From IMG/VR virus record IMGVR_UViG_3300031555_001562: a stretch of 64,000 nt of DNA. One strand, written 5' to 3'. Position numbers and translations under genes: made by a program. Positions 30,833 through 39,019 of this stretch are shown piece after piece. The notes under the pieces are model-generated. The model ran no database searches, was not told the DNA's origin, and worked only from the letters and a program-made list of their open reading frames with translations. How positions within the stretch are numbered: the first letter of the stretch is position 1; each line of letters begins with the position of its first letter. Source of the DNA: a virus (Duplodnaviria; Caudoviricetes).

Positions 30833-31474
30833 TCACGGCAGTCCGTTATATCTGCCGTCGTTAAGGAATCGCAAGAACGTGGACATGGCTAATCCCTTTA
30901 TTGCGTTTGTTTCTTCTACAACTGCAACATATGTCCATCCGATTCCGTACATCATTAGGATTGCGTTCATGATGGATGGCAATGCGGCAGGAAGCAGTAT
31001 CTCGAAAATGATCTCATGTTTTTTCATTCCGATTGATCTGCCAGTATCGATCAGGTCTTGTGGTACTTCCTGAAGACAATTGACCGTAGATGGCAAAACA
31101 TATACGAATGTTGCGATGAACAGGAACGAGATCTTCATTGTTTCATCAATGCCGAACCAGAGGATCAGCAGCGGTGAAAAAGCTGTTACAGGGATATACC
31201 GCATGGCAGAAACAATCGGAGAAATCATATCGTTCAGTGTTTTGCTTGAGCATATCAGCAATGCCAGCGGAACTGCAATTCCGGTTGCCAGCAGAGTGGC
31301 GGTCGAAATTCTGTTGAAAGAATAGATCAGACCTGGGATCAGCTGATCCGTTTCGATCAGGCCAATCAATGCTTCCCATACAGACGCTGGTGACGGAACA
31401 AACAGCGGAGTTGTCATCGTTGAACCGATTTGCCATACGATCAGTAGGATCAAGACTCCTAATACCTTCTTCAC
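30833..31474 (-). CDS. NitT/TauT-family ABC transporter permease, C-terminally truncated, orphan
   Basis: PSPASVW, RYIPVTAFSPLLILWFGIDE, EAA-loop LIDTGRSIG and LPAALPSI motifs; last TM helix absent after KGL; GTG start with GGAGG RBS. Confidence 0.8.
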   Translation of the reverse strand: MKKVLGVLILLIVWQIGSTMTTPLFVPSPASVWEALIGLIETDQLIPGLIYSFNRISTATLLATGIAVPLALLICSSKTLNDMISPIVSAMRYIPVTAFSPLLILWFGIDETMKISFLFIATFVYVLPSTVNCLQEVPQDLIDTGRSIGMKKHEIIFEILLPAALPSIMNAILMMYGIGWTYVAVVEETNAIKGLAMSTFLRFLNDGRYNGLP

Positions 31475-31501
31475 TTTTTCACCTCCGTGTTTAGTTTTGT
31501 T

Positions 31502-31592
31502 TGGCGGACGGGGTGGGATTCGAACCCACGGTGGAGCAAGCCCCATCACTGGTTTTCAAGACCAGCTCCATAAACCGCTCGGACACCCGTCC
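31502..31592 (-). tRNA. tRNA-Ser(TGA)
   Basis: Anticodon arm CTGGT-CTTGAAA-ACCAG, long variable arm, GCCA end. Confidence 0.93.
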
Positions 31593-31625
31593 GTGTTATA
31601 TTCCGATTTGTTGGGTCTACTTTTG

Positions 31626-31972
31626 AATCAAGCTGTTGAGCCATAGGTCTCACACCTATGGGAGTGATGGTTGGATTTGGCTGCGCAAACCTTACCAACG
31701 GTCTTTTCACCTTCGATGACCAATCTTTTAACCTTTGTTTACATCACTTTTTCACACAGATCACTTTTAAGAGACTTTCTTTTTGTTCACACTCAGAAGA
31801 TTCGAACTCCAACCGCCCAATACCCTTTGGGCAGCTCTGCCCCTTGAGACTTATCGTTGTGCTAATCTCTGCCACACCGGACTGATCGTTGTACATCCGA
31901 TGCTTTGTCCGGCCTGTACATTGTGGCATAATCTGTGAGGATCTTTACTCACCACTCAACCGCTCCTTGATT
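31626..31972 (-). ncRNA. Unassigned ~350-nt structured RNA with internal tRNA-like elbow
   Basis: Own promoter; terminal helix AATCAAG..GTTGAG/CTCAAC..CTTGATT; internal helices; D-loop-like CTC-AAGGGGCA-GAG and T-loop GGAG-TTCGAAT-CTTC. Confidence 0.6.
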
Positions 31973-31980
31973 ACAAGAGG

Positions 31981-32023
31981 ATTATATCACATTTATCTCC
32001 ATTTGTCAACTACTTTGTTGCGT
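31981..32023 (-). promoter_or_regulatory. sigmaA-type promoter for the ncRNA/tRNA cluster
   Basis: TTGACA (32009-04), 17-nt spacer, TGaTATAAT (TATAAT at 31986-81); ACGCAACAAAG upstream. Confidence 0.85.
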
Positions 32024-32026
32024 TTA

Positions 32027-32608
32027 TTATAAATATTTTTCGGAGAATTCTCTGTATGATCCAAACTCAGTCTTCCAGCCGGAAGCAATCTGAATGGGAT
32101 CCAGATCATGCATCTTACATACATGTGTGATATACTCACTGTCATACAGCTTCTTTCTGCGGCGGTTCACCTTCTTGACTTCCGCAAACACATCCGCACG
32201 AGAAACACCGTATTTCTTTTCGAGATACTTCGCCATATCGTTCTGGGAGTACTCAATGAACTGGCAGATAGGGCAGCATGCCTCTGGCATATCATACCTG
32301 ACATCATCTATGCCAAAGTATTCATACATGAGATCATCATCGTCCATAGCTTCCAGCTCTTCTTTTGAATGCATTTCGCTGGGATCCAGACCGTCCATGT
32401 TTGCCGCATAATACTCAAGAAGTGTATTGATAAAGTTCTCTCTGGGAACCTGAAGCATTTCACTTTCACAAATGGTATGACCATTCACACAGCGAATCAT
32501 TTCGGCTTCAGATAGAGACATTTCCCAACCACTCTCTACTGCGCCGCAGATGTCGCAGACAAAGCTTGAGCTACTGGAATTCGTCACAAAGTCTTTTCTG
32601 TATTTCAT
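32027..32608 (-). CDS. TNSSSSS-motif protein 5 (Cys-rich)
   Basis: Begins MKYRKDFVTNSSSSSFVCDICG; also CVNGHTIC and CPICQ. Confidence 0.8.
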   Translation of the reverse strand: MKYRKDFVTNSSSSSFVCDICGAVESGWEMSLSEAEMIRCVNGHTICESEMLQVPRENFINTLLEYYAANMDGLDPSEMHSKEELEAMDDDDLMYEYFGIDDVRYDMPEACCPICQFIEYSQNDMAKYLEKKYGVSRADVFAEVKKVNRRRKKLYDSEYITHVCKMHDLDPIQIASGWKTEFGSYREFSEKYL

Positions 32609-32617
32609 TGTATCACC

Positions 32618-32989
32618 TTAATCGCTGGATGATTGATAGATATCTTCCTTGAACTTTCCGGGGATATGCTCATAGAGCCACGCATCATCGCCCTCAGTAT
32701 CTCCGTCATTCGTCCATGAAATGAAAGAAGCGGCAAGATACTTTGCGGTGGTATCACTCTCGTCAATGCGATCCAGAACGCTACTTGCAATACAATCCAG
32801 GCCAATACACTCATCGAGATAGTCCTTTAATGCCTTTGCGCCCATAAGATACTCATCGAGCAGTCTTACACCATGTTTGCCATGCTCTTCTTTCATATAG
32901 TCAAGCAGCTCGTCACAATATGTAATATTCGCCACAACAATGTAGCTGGAACTACTTGAATTTGTTACAAAATCCTGCCTCAGTTTCAT
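32618..32989 (-). CDS. TNSSSSS-motif protein 4
   Basis: Begins MKLRQDFVTNSSSSSYIV. Confidence 0.8.
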   Translation of the reverse strand: MKLRQDFVTNSSSSSYIVVANITYCDELLDYMKEEHGKHGVRLLDEYLMGAKALKDYLDECIGLDCIASSVLDRIDESDTTAKYLAASFISWTNDGDTEGDDAWLYEHIPGKFKEDIYQSSSD

Positions 32990-33339
32990 CGATATACCTC
33001 GCCATAATCAAAAGTCAATTCATCAGGGCGAAGATCGATATTGTATTCCGTCTTTATGTCTTCTACGACTTTCTTTCTGAGATCAGTCAATGTGTGATCT
33101 TGCAGATCAGATTCATAAATTGGATAACCAACATAATTAACATCAGCGCATTCGCAAATATCAACCACGAGATTTCCCTTTAACGAAATCTGATCGTCAC
33201 CAACTTCATATGCATCACTTAATTTCTCTTTTGTAATGCCGTTTGCCAGCAAAATCAGTTCTTGCGTATTGCTGTCTACCTTTAGGCAAATGAAAGAACT
33301 GCTTCTTGAATTCGTCACATAGTCAGTACGTACTTTCAT
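32986..33339 (-). CDS. TNSSSSS-motif protein 3
   Basis: Begins MKVRTDYVTNSRSSSFIC. Confidence 0.8.
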   Translation of the reverse strand: MKVRTDYVTNSRSSSFICLKVDSNTQELILLANGITKEKLSDAYEVGDDQISLKGNLVVDICECADVNYVGYPIYESDLQDHTLTDLRKKVVEDIKTEYNIDLRPDELTFDYGEVYR

Positions 33340-33761
33340 TAGCCATTTCTCCCTGCGCCATAATCACACTGGATATCGGCAAAACCGTTTTCTTCAGTGA
33401 TTGCATCAATCACTTGCGTATCGAAGTCACTGTAGTCAACGTAATAATCAACTTCGCCATCTTCATCGCTGTAAAGATCTTCGCAATGCGAATGCATAAC
33501 AAATCTTGCATCCATATGCTCACGAATATAATCTTTACTAGGTGTAATATCTACACCAGCCCAATCGCATTCCAGCCAATTACGCCATCTGCCTTCACCA
33601 TGCTCAATGCTGGCAAGTGCTTCTTCTGCGGTATATACTTCGATTTTTGAAGAAAACTCATTCAATACCTTTGCGGCCTTGGACTCGTCTGCGATTCTGG
33701 CAAAACACACAATATAGCTGCTAGAGCTGCTATTGGTTACATAGTCTGTCCTAATCTTCAT
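33339..33761 (-). CDS. TNSSSSS-motif protein 2
   Basis: Begins MKIRTDYVTNSSSSSYIV. Confidence 0.8.
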   Translation of the reverse strand: MKIRTDYVTNSSSSSYIVCFARIADESKAAKVLNEFSSKIEVYTAEEALASIEHGEGRWRNWLECDWAGVDITPSKDYIREHMDARFVMHSHCEDLYSDEDGEVDYYVDYSDFDTQVIDAITEENGFADIQCDYGAGRNG

Positions 33762-33763
33762 TA

Positions 33764-34192
33764 TTACGCACCCTCAAGGATCACGAATCCATCGTTATCC
33801 TTTGCCATAGTCTTAATGAAGCTTTCCGGGCTGCAATCGGAATCACTTACACGCTTCCTCATAATAGCATATCCATCTGCAAGATACTTGCTGGCCTCTT
33901 CATACTCTCTGCGGTAATCTTCATCATCTTCGATGATCTCCTGCACGGTATGTTTCTTCCAACCGTATCTGTCGATGAAAAACTTGTCATACTCTTCTTG
34001 CGTAGTGAATACTTCTGCAACCTGAGTATCGCAATAGTCAACCGCATCAATGAGCGCTTCAATAAGTCTCGGATACAAATTGACAAAAGGATACTTTTTC
34101 ACAGTTTCTTCGTCAACCTCTACGTTTGTACGGTAGGCAATCACAAAGCTACTGCTTGAACTGTTGGTTACGAAATCGCTTCTTACTTTCAT
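33764..34192 (-). CDS. TNSSSSS-motif protein 1
   Basis: Begins MKVRSDFVTNSSSSSFVI. Confidence 0.8.
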   Translation of the reverse strand: MKVRSDFVTNSSSSSFVIAYRTNVEVDEETVKKYPFVNLYPRLIEALIDAVDYCDTQVAEVFTTQEEYDKFFIDRYGWKKHTVQEIIEDDEDYRREYEEASKYLADGYAIMRKRVSDSDCSPESFIKTMAKDNDGFVILEGA

Positions 34193-34201
34193 ATACTTTC
34201 C

Positions 34202-34843
34202 TTAACTTTCATACGGAGACGGTAAACTGTAATCCCAAATTTCATAATCACCACTGTAGTGATTTCTGAAATAGTTTACTTCTCCGTCACCTCTGAACCA
34301 CAAATAATCATCCGGTAAAACCCTTCCAACATCCGTATATCCGGACTTTTCTTTGCTCCACCGGATAAGTACATCTTCTGCCAGATCGTAAAGCTCTTCA
34401 GTTACTGGTGCAGAACTGTTCCATGCAAACTGATTTGGCTTTGTAGCTGCCGCATATATGCTCTTTGAATCGCCAGCATCAACACGATTTACAATTGTCC
34501 ATGCAACACATGCCTGTTGTGTAACGCTCTTAACACCACGACATTCTTCCCAAAGAACTTTCGCAACTACTATTACATCATCTTCAGTAAAGTAATATAC
34601 AATCTCCGGTTCGGTACATTCAGTTTCAACAATCACTTCCAGTTCCGGGGGTTCCGTTTCTGGTTCTGTAGTTTCTACTGGTTCCGTAACACATGTAGTT
34701 TCAGCTATAGTTTCTTCTGTGGGAACAGTCGTAGATTTTGGTGCTGTATATTGCGGATCATATGTATCAATAGCTGCAATACCAATCATCAATAATACAA
34801 TGGCAACGATCAGCATCAGATATATGTTATATTTGTCGCTCAA
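34202..34843 (-). CDS. Membrane-anchored SleB/Hydrolase_2-like cell wall hydrolase
   Basis: N-terminal TM helix, T/E/P-rich linker, AKVLWEECRG, VAWTIVNRV and PNQFAW motifs. Confidence 0.8.
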   Translation of the reverse strand: MSDKYNIYLMLIVAIVLLMIGIAAIDTYDPQYTAPKSTTVPTEETIAETTCVTEPVETTEPETEPPELEVIVETECTEPEIVYYFTEDDVIVVAKVLWEECRGVKSVTQQACVAWTIVNRVDAGDSKSIYAAATKPNQFAWNSSAPVTEELYDLAEDVLIRWSKEKSGYTDVGRVLPDDYLWFRGDGEVNYFRNHYSGDYEIWDYSLPSPYES

Positions 34844-35904
34844 ACCAAATCTTTCTCCTGTCTATTGCAGATAACGATGTCTCTACAAATAGGACATCCG
34901 CCAGCACAAGTCGCTCTGGAGGGGCAGGATGCACAAGAATATCTCAGAGAATTTCTGAACTTCTCAAACACTTCTCCATCCCAAGCTTCTTGGATGGTAT
35001 GATTCTTCAGACTGACAAAGTACTTCGGATCCTGATTGCCAAAAGAACATGGCATTGCATTCATACTCGCATCAATGTACATGCTGTGCCTTCCGCCCTC
35101 GCAATAATCCATGCTGTCCAGATTGATCTTACTTGTAAAGTTCACGATACCAGAGCAAGAGCAGCTGTCGAAGCCGATCTTGTGGTGGAACTTACCTGTG
35201 TCAATCAGTTCGAAGAACTCTTTGACTTTGGGATTATCATAAGTCAATATGTTCTCCATCTTGCCCAGGCCAATAGGCTTATACAGCAAGAAAACCACCG
35301 CATTAATACCCATCTTGAAGCTATTTGTTCTCAACTTCTGGATTGCATCATCAATGGTTTTCGCACTCAATACATAGTGAATATTCGTCTTTACACCAGC
35401 ATCCAGAAGCATATCAATTGCTCCATTGGTATAAGGTGCAAAGTGTTCACTCACTGCAATTGCACCACAGTACTTCTTACAGACCTCAGCCTTTTCCTTT
35501 GTCATAGCAATACCAGAGGTTGTAAAGTTAGGAATGATACCATGCTCTCTGGTTGCCTTTAGAATCTCTTCAAAATTTTCATGCGTGTCCACATCCCCCG
35601 CACCGCCCAGGGCGACCTGAAGAACCTTACCTTTGCACTGTTCCATAATACTCAGGTAGTTCTCAAGACTCATATTGGAGCCGGTTCGATCAATGGCTTT
35701 CTGGTAGCAGTCAACGTTGCACTTGTGCGCACATACGCATCGCTCCATAATACCGATATCGATCAGTGAAGGGAAGCATCGCATAAAAGGATCGATACCA
35801 GTATCTTTACCTTCAGCATCGATCACACCGCTGCGAACATAAAATCCTGTATCCGGATTGAAAAGTTCAACAAAACGGTTCTTTTTGTCAATGAATCTAA
35901 TCAC
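34840..35904 (-). CDS. Radical SAM protein with SPASM domain
   Basis: CVCAHKCNVDCYQ cluster motif (CxxxCxxxC spacing), ALGGAGD, FTTSG; C-terminal CEGG...PCSF...CASC...CAGGC. Confidence 0.9.
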   Translation of the reverse strand: MIRFIDKKNRFVELFNPDTGFYVRSGVIDAEGKDTGIDPFMRCFPSLIDIGIMERCVCAHKCNVDCYQKAIDRTGSNMSLENYLSIMEQCKGKVLQVALGGAGDVDTHENFEEILKATREHGIIPNFTTSGIAMTKEKAEVCKKYCGAIAVSEHFAPYTNGAIDMLLDAGVKTNIHYVLSAKTIDDAIQKLRTNSFKMGINAVVFLLYKPIGLGKMENILTYDNPKVKEFFELIDTGKFHHKIGFDSCSCSGIVNFTSKINLDSMDYCEGGRHSMYIDASMNAMPCSFGNQDPKYFVSLKNHTIQEAWDGEVFEKFRNSLRYSCASCPSRATCAGGCPICRDIVICNRQEKDLV

Positions 35905-35926
35905 TTGTTGTCCTCTTGATTTCTAA

Positions 35927-35974
35927 ACACTATATATTGTGGTTATACCAAACACCAAACACAATATCTAGGTT
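35927..35974. promoter_or_regulatory. Tandem NrdR-like boxes overlapping the radical SAM operon promoter
   Basis: ACACTATATATTGTGG (35927-42) and ACACAATATCTAGGTT (35959-74), 32 bp apart, match consensus acaCwAtATaTwGtgt; minus-strand promoter TAGATA-17-TATAAC lies across them. Confidence 0.7.
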
Positions 35975-36221
35975 GTTTTTGTCGATAAAACTATTATTTC
36001 ATTCAGTCTTGCATTTGATGTCGCAATAGGGATCGATCAGGGATACGGGCTTCCTGCATTCTGGAGGGCATGTGCAATTCGGCAGATATGCCCGTGATTC
36101 ACATTCTGAAAAGTCATGATCTCTTCCGCAAAACAAATCACATCTGAAACAATTCCTTTCAACGTATGCCTTCTTGATTGCCTGATTGTTTGGTGTATCA
36201 ATCCGCAATCCTTTATACTTT

Positions 36222-37277
36222 TTAGGATGCACGTATTCCATGATCTTCTCCTTCGTTTTCAAAGAGCGAGTCAACAAATTGATCCATGCTGCATATCAAC
36301 TTATAGCAGTTGCCGTGCGACGCATGATTCTTCCACGAACCATACTTTTCGTAGAATTTTTCTTTCGTCATCTTACCGCTCTTTACGAGCTTCGCATTTT
36401 TGCGTAAGCGTTTCTTGATCTGACGTTTGTTATCTCCGGTCAGCTTCCGGATGACCTTGCCATCTTCTGTGATGTATGTATGAAACCCTAAGAATCTAAT
36501 GCCTTTTCTTAGCGGAACAATCTCTGTCTTATCGTTCAAAGTCAGACACAAACCAGCTAAGTACTCTTCAATTTTCTTCAGACAATCTTTTAGATATTCT
36601 TTATCATCAGAAATCAGGTAGAAGTCATCCATGTATCTGCCGTAATACTCGCAGCCAAGATCCTCGGTGATGAAGTAATCAAGTCCGGTCAGATACATCA
36701 GTGCAAACACCTGGCTACTTTGATTGCCGAGCGGCAGACCATCTCCGTCCACACTATCAACAAACAAGTTGCAGATCCATTGAATATCTTCATCCGGGAA
36801 GTACACCCGGATAATTCTCTTCATAATATCGTGATTGATACTGTAAAAGAATTTTGTGATATCGCACTTGAGTATGTATCCTTCGCAGCCATGATTGTCA
36901 TAAAAATCAAGTAGATTTTCTGACAAGCGATCTAGGCCAAATAAGGTTCCTTTGCCTATTTGACCAGCATAGTTGTCGAGAAGAAAGATGTCTTTCATCT
37001 TCGGCAACAATACATAGTCACACAGGCAGTGTTGCAGAACCTTATCTCTAAAAGCGCCAGAAGTAATAAGCCTTTTCTTTGGTTCAGAAATAATAAACTG
37101 AGAATACTTAGATATCTCATATGTGTGTTCAATGAGTTGACGCTTCATCCTGTAAAGGTTTTCTAGCGCCAACACACTGAACTGGATTGCGCTTTTCTTC
37201 TTACCCTTGCCTCGCATTGAGACAGTGTAAGAGGCATACAGATTCTCAAAGTCTATTAGCTTCTGAAAATCTTCCAT
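36222..37277 (-). CDS. DGR reverse transcriptase
   Basis: RDKVLQH, KGTLFG, KCDITKFF, GLPLGNQSSQ (DGR SQ signature), RYMDD and FLGF motifs. Confidence 0.95.
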   Translation of the reverse strand: MEDFQKLIDFENLYASYTVSMRGKGKKKSAIQFSVLALENLYRMKRQLIEHTYEISKYSQFIISEPKKRLITSGAFRDKVLQHCLCDYVLLPKMKDIFLLDNYAGQIGKGTLFGLDRLSENLLDFYDNHGCEGYILKCDITKFFYSINHDIMKRIIRVYFPDEDIQWICNLFVDSVDGDGLPLGNQSSQVFALMYLTGLDYFITEDLGCEYYGRYMDDFYLISDDKEYLKDCLKKIEEYLAGLCLTLNDKTEIVPLRKGIRFLGFHTYITEDGKVIRKLTGDNKRQIKKRLRKNAKLVKSGKMTKEKFYEKYGSWKNHASHGNCYKLICSMDQFVDSLFENEGEDHGIRAS

Positions 37278-37392
37278 ATGATCCTTTTGTATTTATCCCA
37301 CCGTTCCCGGTGAGAAAGGTTATACGCTCTTTTGATGATGTGGTGTACTCCTTGTAGTTGCCGGAGCAACTTATAGACCTCGCAAATCCACC

Positions 37393-37474
37393 AGAACGGA
37401 CGGACACCGTTGCTCCAATCACAGTCATTCCAATTCAGAATGCCATTAGAGTTGACGTAGCAAACGTTGCCAGT
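37393..37474 (-). repeat. DGR template repeat (TR)
   Basis: 82-nt non-coding near-copy of VR1/VR2 between avd and RT; carries A on the coding strand at the variable positions. Confidence 0.93.
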
Positions 37475-37498
37475 TTCAGCGCATAACCTAAAGGCTTA

Positions 37499-37867
37499 TT
37501 AGGTCTTCTTCCGCCACGCAAGCGTCATATGTTTTATGTCGTATGCGAGGCCAGTCCATTGTTCGCTCATAGCGGCGCTTATTAACTTGGCATGCAAGCT
37601 GTATCTCACCAGGCTCAAGAATTTATTGCATTCCGTTATTGCTAAGGTTTGCTTTTCTATTCTTTTGGCTCTGTGTCCCTCTGAATCAGGAACATAGGAA
37701 TTTGCGTCCAGCAAATACCCATATATGTTCAAAGAGATCTCCTGAAGTTTATCTGTAATCCGCCGATACCTTACTGGATAGTGTTGGCGAATAGTAGTAA
37801 TATCAAAGACTGAAAAATACAGCTGCTCTGCCTTATTGCCTATTTCAAATCTTACTTCTTCACTCAT
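37499..37867 (-). CDS. avd: DGR accessory variability determinant (Avd, four-helix bundle)
   Basis: 122-aa helical protein (YPVRYR...LLDAN...LAW) between the target gene and TR. Confidence 0.85.
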   Translation of the reverse strand: MSEEVRFEIGNKAEQLYFSVFDITTIRQHYPVRYRRITDKLQEISLNIYGYLLDANSYVPDSEGHRAKRIEKQTLAITECNKFLSLVRYSLHAKLISAAMSEQWTGLAYDIKHMTLAWRKKT

Positions 37868-37875
37868 TTGTTATC

Positions 37876-38331
37876 TCACTCTACCAAGAGGGAAGAGTCG
37901 AGGATCAAGAACGGACGGACACCGTTGCCCCAACCACAGACATTCCAAAGCAGAATGCCATCAGAGCTGACGTAGCAAACGCTGCCAGTATAACCAGATA
38001 CCTCAGCGGTGACTCTGGTTGCAGTCCACCATGCTTCGCCCATTGCCTTCAGGAACTTCCGGTAACGGCGATACCGATCAGTAGTCAGAATGGACACGAA
38101 ACCCTCAACGGTCTTGATACCAGTGCCATCGTCTGCGGTCAGATCGACGGTATGACGGATGATATTCTCAGCACCCACCGACTTGACCATCTCGTTGTAG
38201 AAGTCATTGATACAGTAGCTGCGAACATCGCTGGTCTCATAGTCGCCGGTGGAACCATATTCCATACGCTTAACGAAATCCTTGGCAATTACTGCGGTTC
38301 CATGTTCGGTGTGTTCCAGGACAATGAACTC
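37876..38331 (-). pseudogene. DGR target gene 1, C-terminal 151 codons (DUF6273-like/CLec-fold), separated from its N-terminus by an inversion
   Basis: EFIVLEH...DLTADDG...WWTAT...GVRPFLIL; paralogous to 59463..60101. Confidence 0.85.
37908..37989 (-). repeat. DGR variable repeat VR1
   Basis: 82-nt alignment to TR with 8 mismatches, all at TR adenines. Confidence 0.93.
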
Positions 38332-38528
38332 ACCTGCTGAAGGCAAAAGATAAGGCAATCGAACTGGGTCTGATCGAGGGCGAACAGTTTGGCCTGATCT
38401 ATGATAACTGCATGACAGAGCTTGTTCCGGAAGAAGAAAATGGAACGACTCTGACTGGAATCTGGTTCTGTCCTTTACCTGATGAGGTTGCACACACAAT
38501 TAGTAAAAAATATCAGCTATATCGTTAA
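38331..38528 (+). pseudogene. pth2: Peptidyl-tRNA hydrolase Pth2, C-terminal half (inverted)
   Basis: HLLKAKDKAIELGL...IYDNCMTELVPEEENGTTLTGIWFCPLPDEVAHTISKKYQLYR*. Confidence 0.8.
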
Positions 38529-38533
38529 AGTAG

Positions 38534-38603
38534 ACGCAATATAGTTGTTGACAAAACGATTCAAGTGTGTTATAATACCCACAGTAAGACAACGCAACAA
38601 AGT
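38534..38603 (+). promoter_or_regulatory. sigmaA-type promoter of the DGR cassette, now pointing away from it
   Basis: TTGACA (38548-53), 17-nt spacer, TGtTATAAT (TATAAT at 38571-76); ACGCAA motifs on both sides. Confidence 0.85.
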
Positions 38604-38628
38604 AGAATATAACGCAAGGAGAATTTAT

Positions 38629-38780
38629 ATGGAGATCAAGGTTATCAACAATGTTCCCAATCTCAATGTCACCGTAAACCAGGCAGAAGACGGCAGCTTT
38701 GCTATCCTGCTGGCTGAAGACAAGAGAAAGGCGCTCGGTAGCGCCGAACTGGGATCCATCAAGAAGATCGGCAATCGTGA
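38629..38780 (+). pseudogene. DGR target gene 1, N-terminal 50 codons (inverted)
   Basis: AAGGAG RBS then MEIKVINNVP...LGSAELGSIKKIGNR; joins EFIVLEH upon re-inversion. Confidence 0.82.
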
Positions 38781-39019
38781 TTCTTGTTGCGTGCCTCACA
38801 GATTGTCTTCACAAACGATCCGTTGATATACTGCTCGAACATGTCTTTTTCAAACGACGCACGATATGTGTAATCATCAACAGATTCATCGGGAGGCCAT
38901 GAACTATTCCTGATATCGTTTGTCCAATATGCCTCCGCACAATGCGCTACCTGGGCAGCAAGCTTACCGGGAGACATATGTAGATCTTTGCGCATTATGA
39001 AAAGTCTTCTGTATCCCAT
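38777..39019 (-). pseudogene. pth2: Peptidyl-tRNA hydrolase Pth2, N-terminal half
   Basis: IMRKDLHMSPGKLAAQVAH is the Pth2 signature; homology ends at KTICEARNKNH. Confidence 0.88.

Larger units (their letters stand above)
38330..38780. other. Inverted segment bounded by TCAC/GTGA microhomology
   Basis: Contains the pth2 C-terminus, a promoter and the target gene N-terminus, all on the + strand; re-inversion restores both genes in frame. Confidence 0.88.

Noticed and set aside
31626-31972. tmRNA or RNase P RNA
   Set aside because: No terminal tRNA-Ala-like acceptor with CCA and no GAGGAAAGUCC-type RNase P signature.
36222-37277. Group II intron or retron reverse transcriptase
   Set aside because: The SQ motif, adjacent Avd and TR/VR pairs with adenine-specific mismatches identify a DGR.
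38332-38499. First 56 aa of ORF 37876..38499 as the true N-terminus of the DGR target
   Set aside because: It is the antisense reading of the inverted pth2 C-terminus; the real N-terminus is at 38629-38780 on the plus strand.
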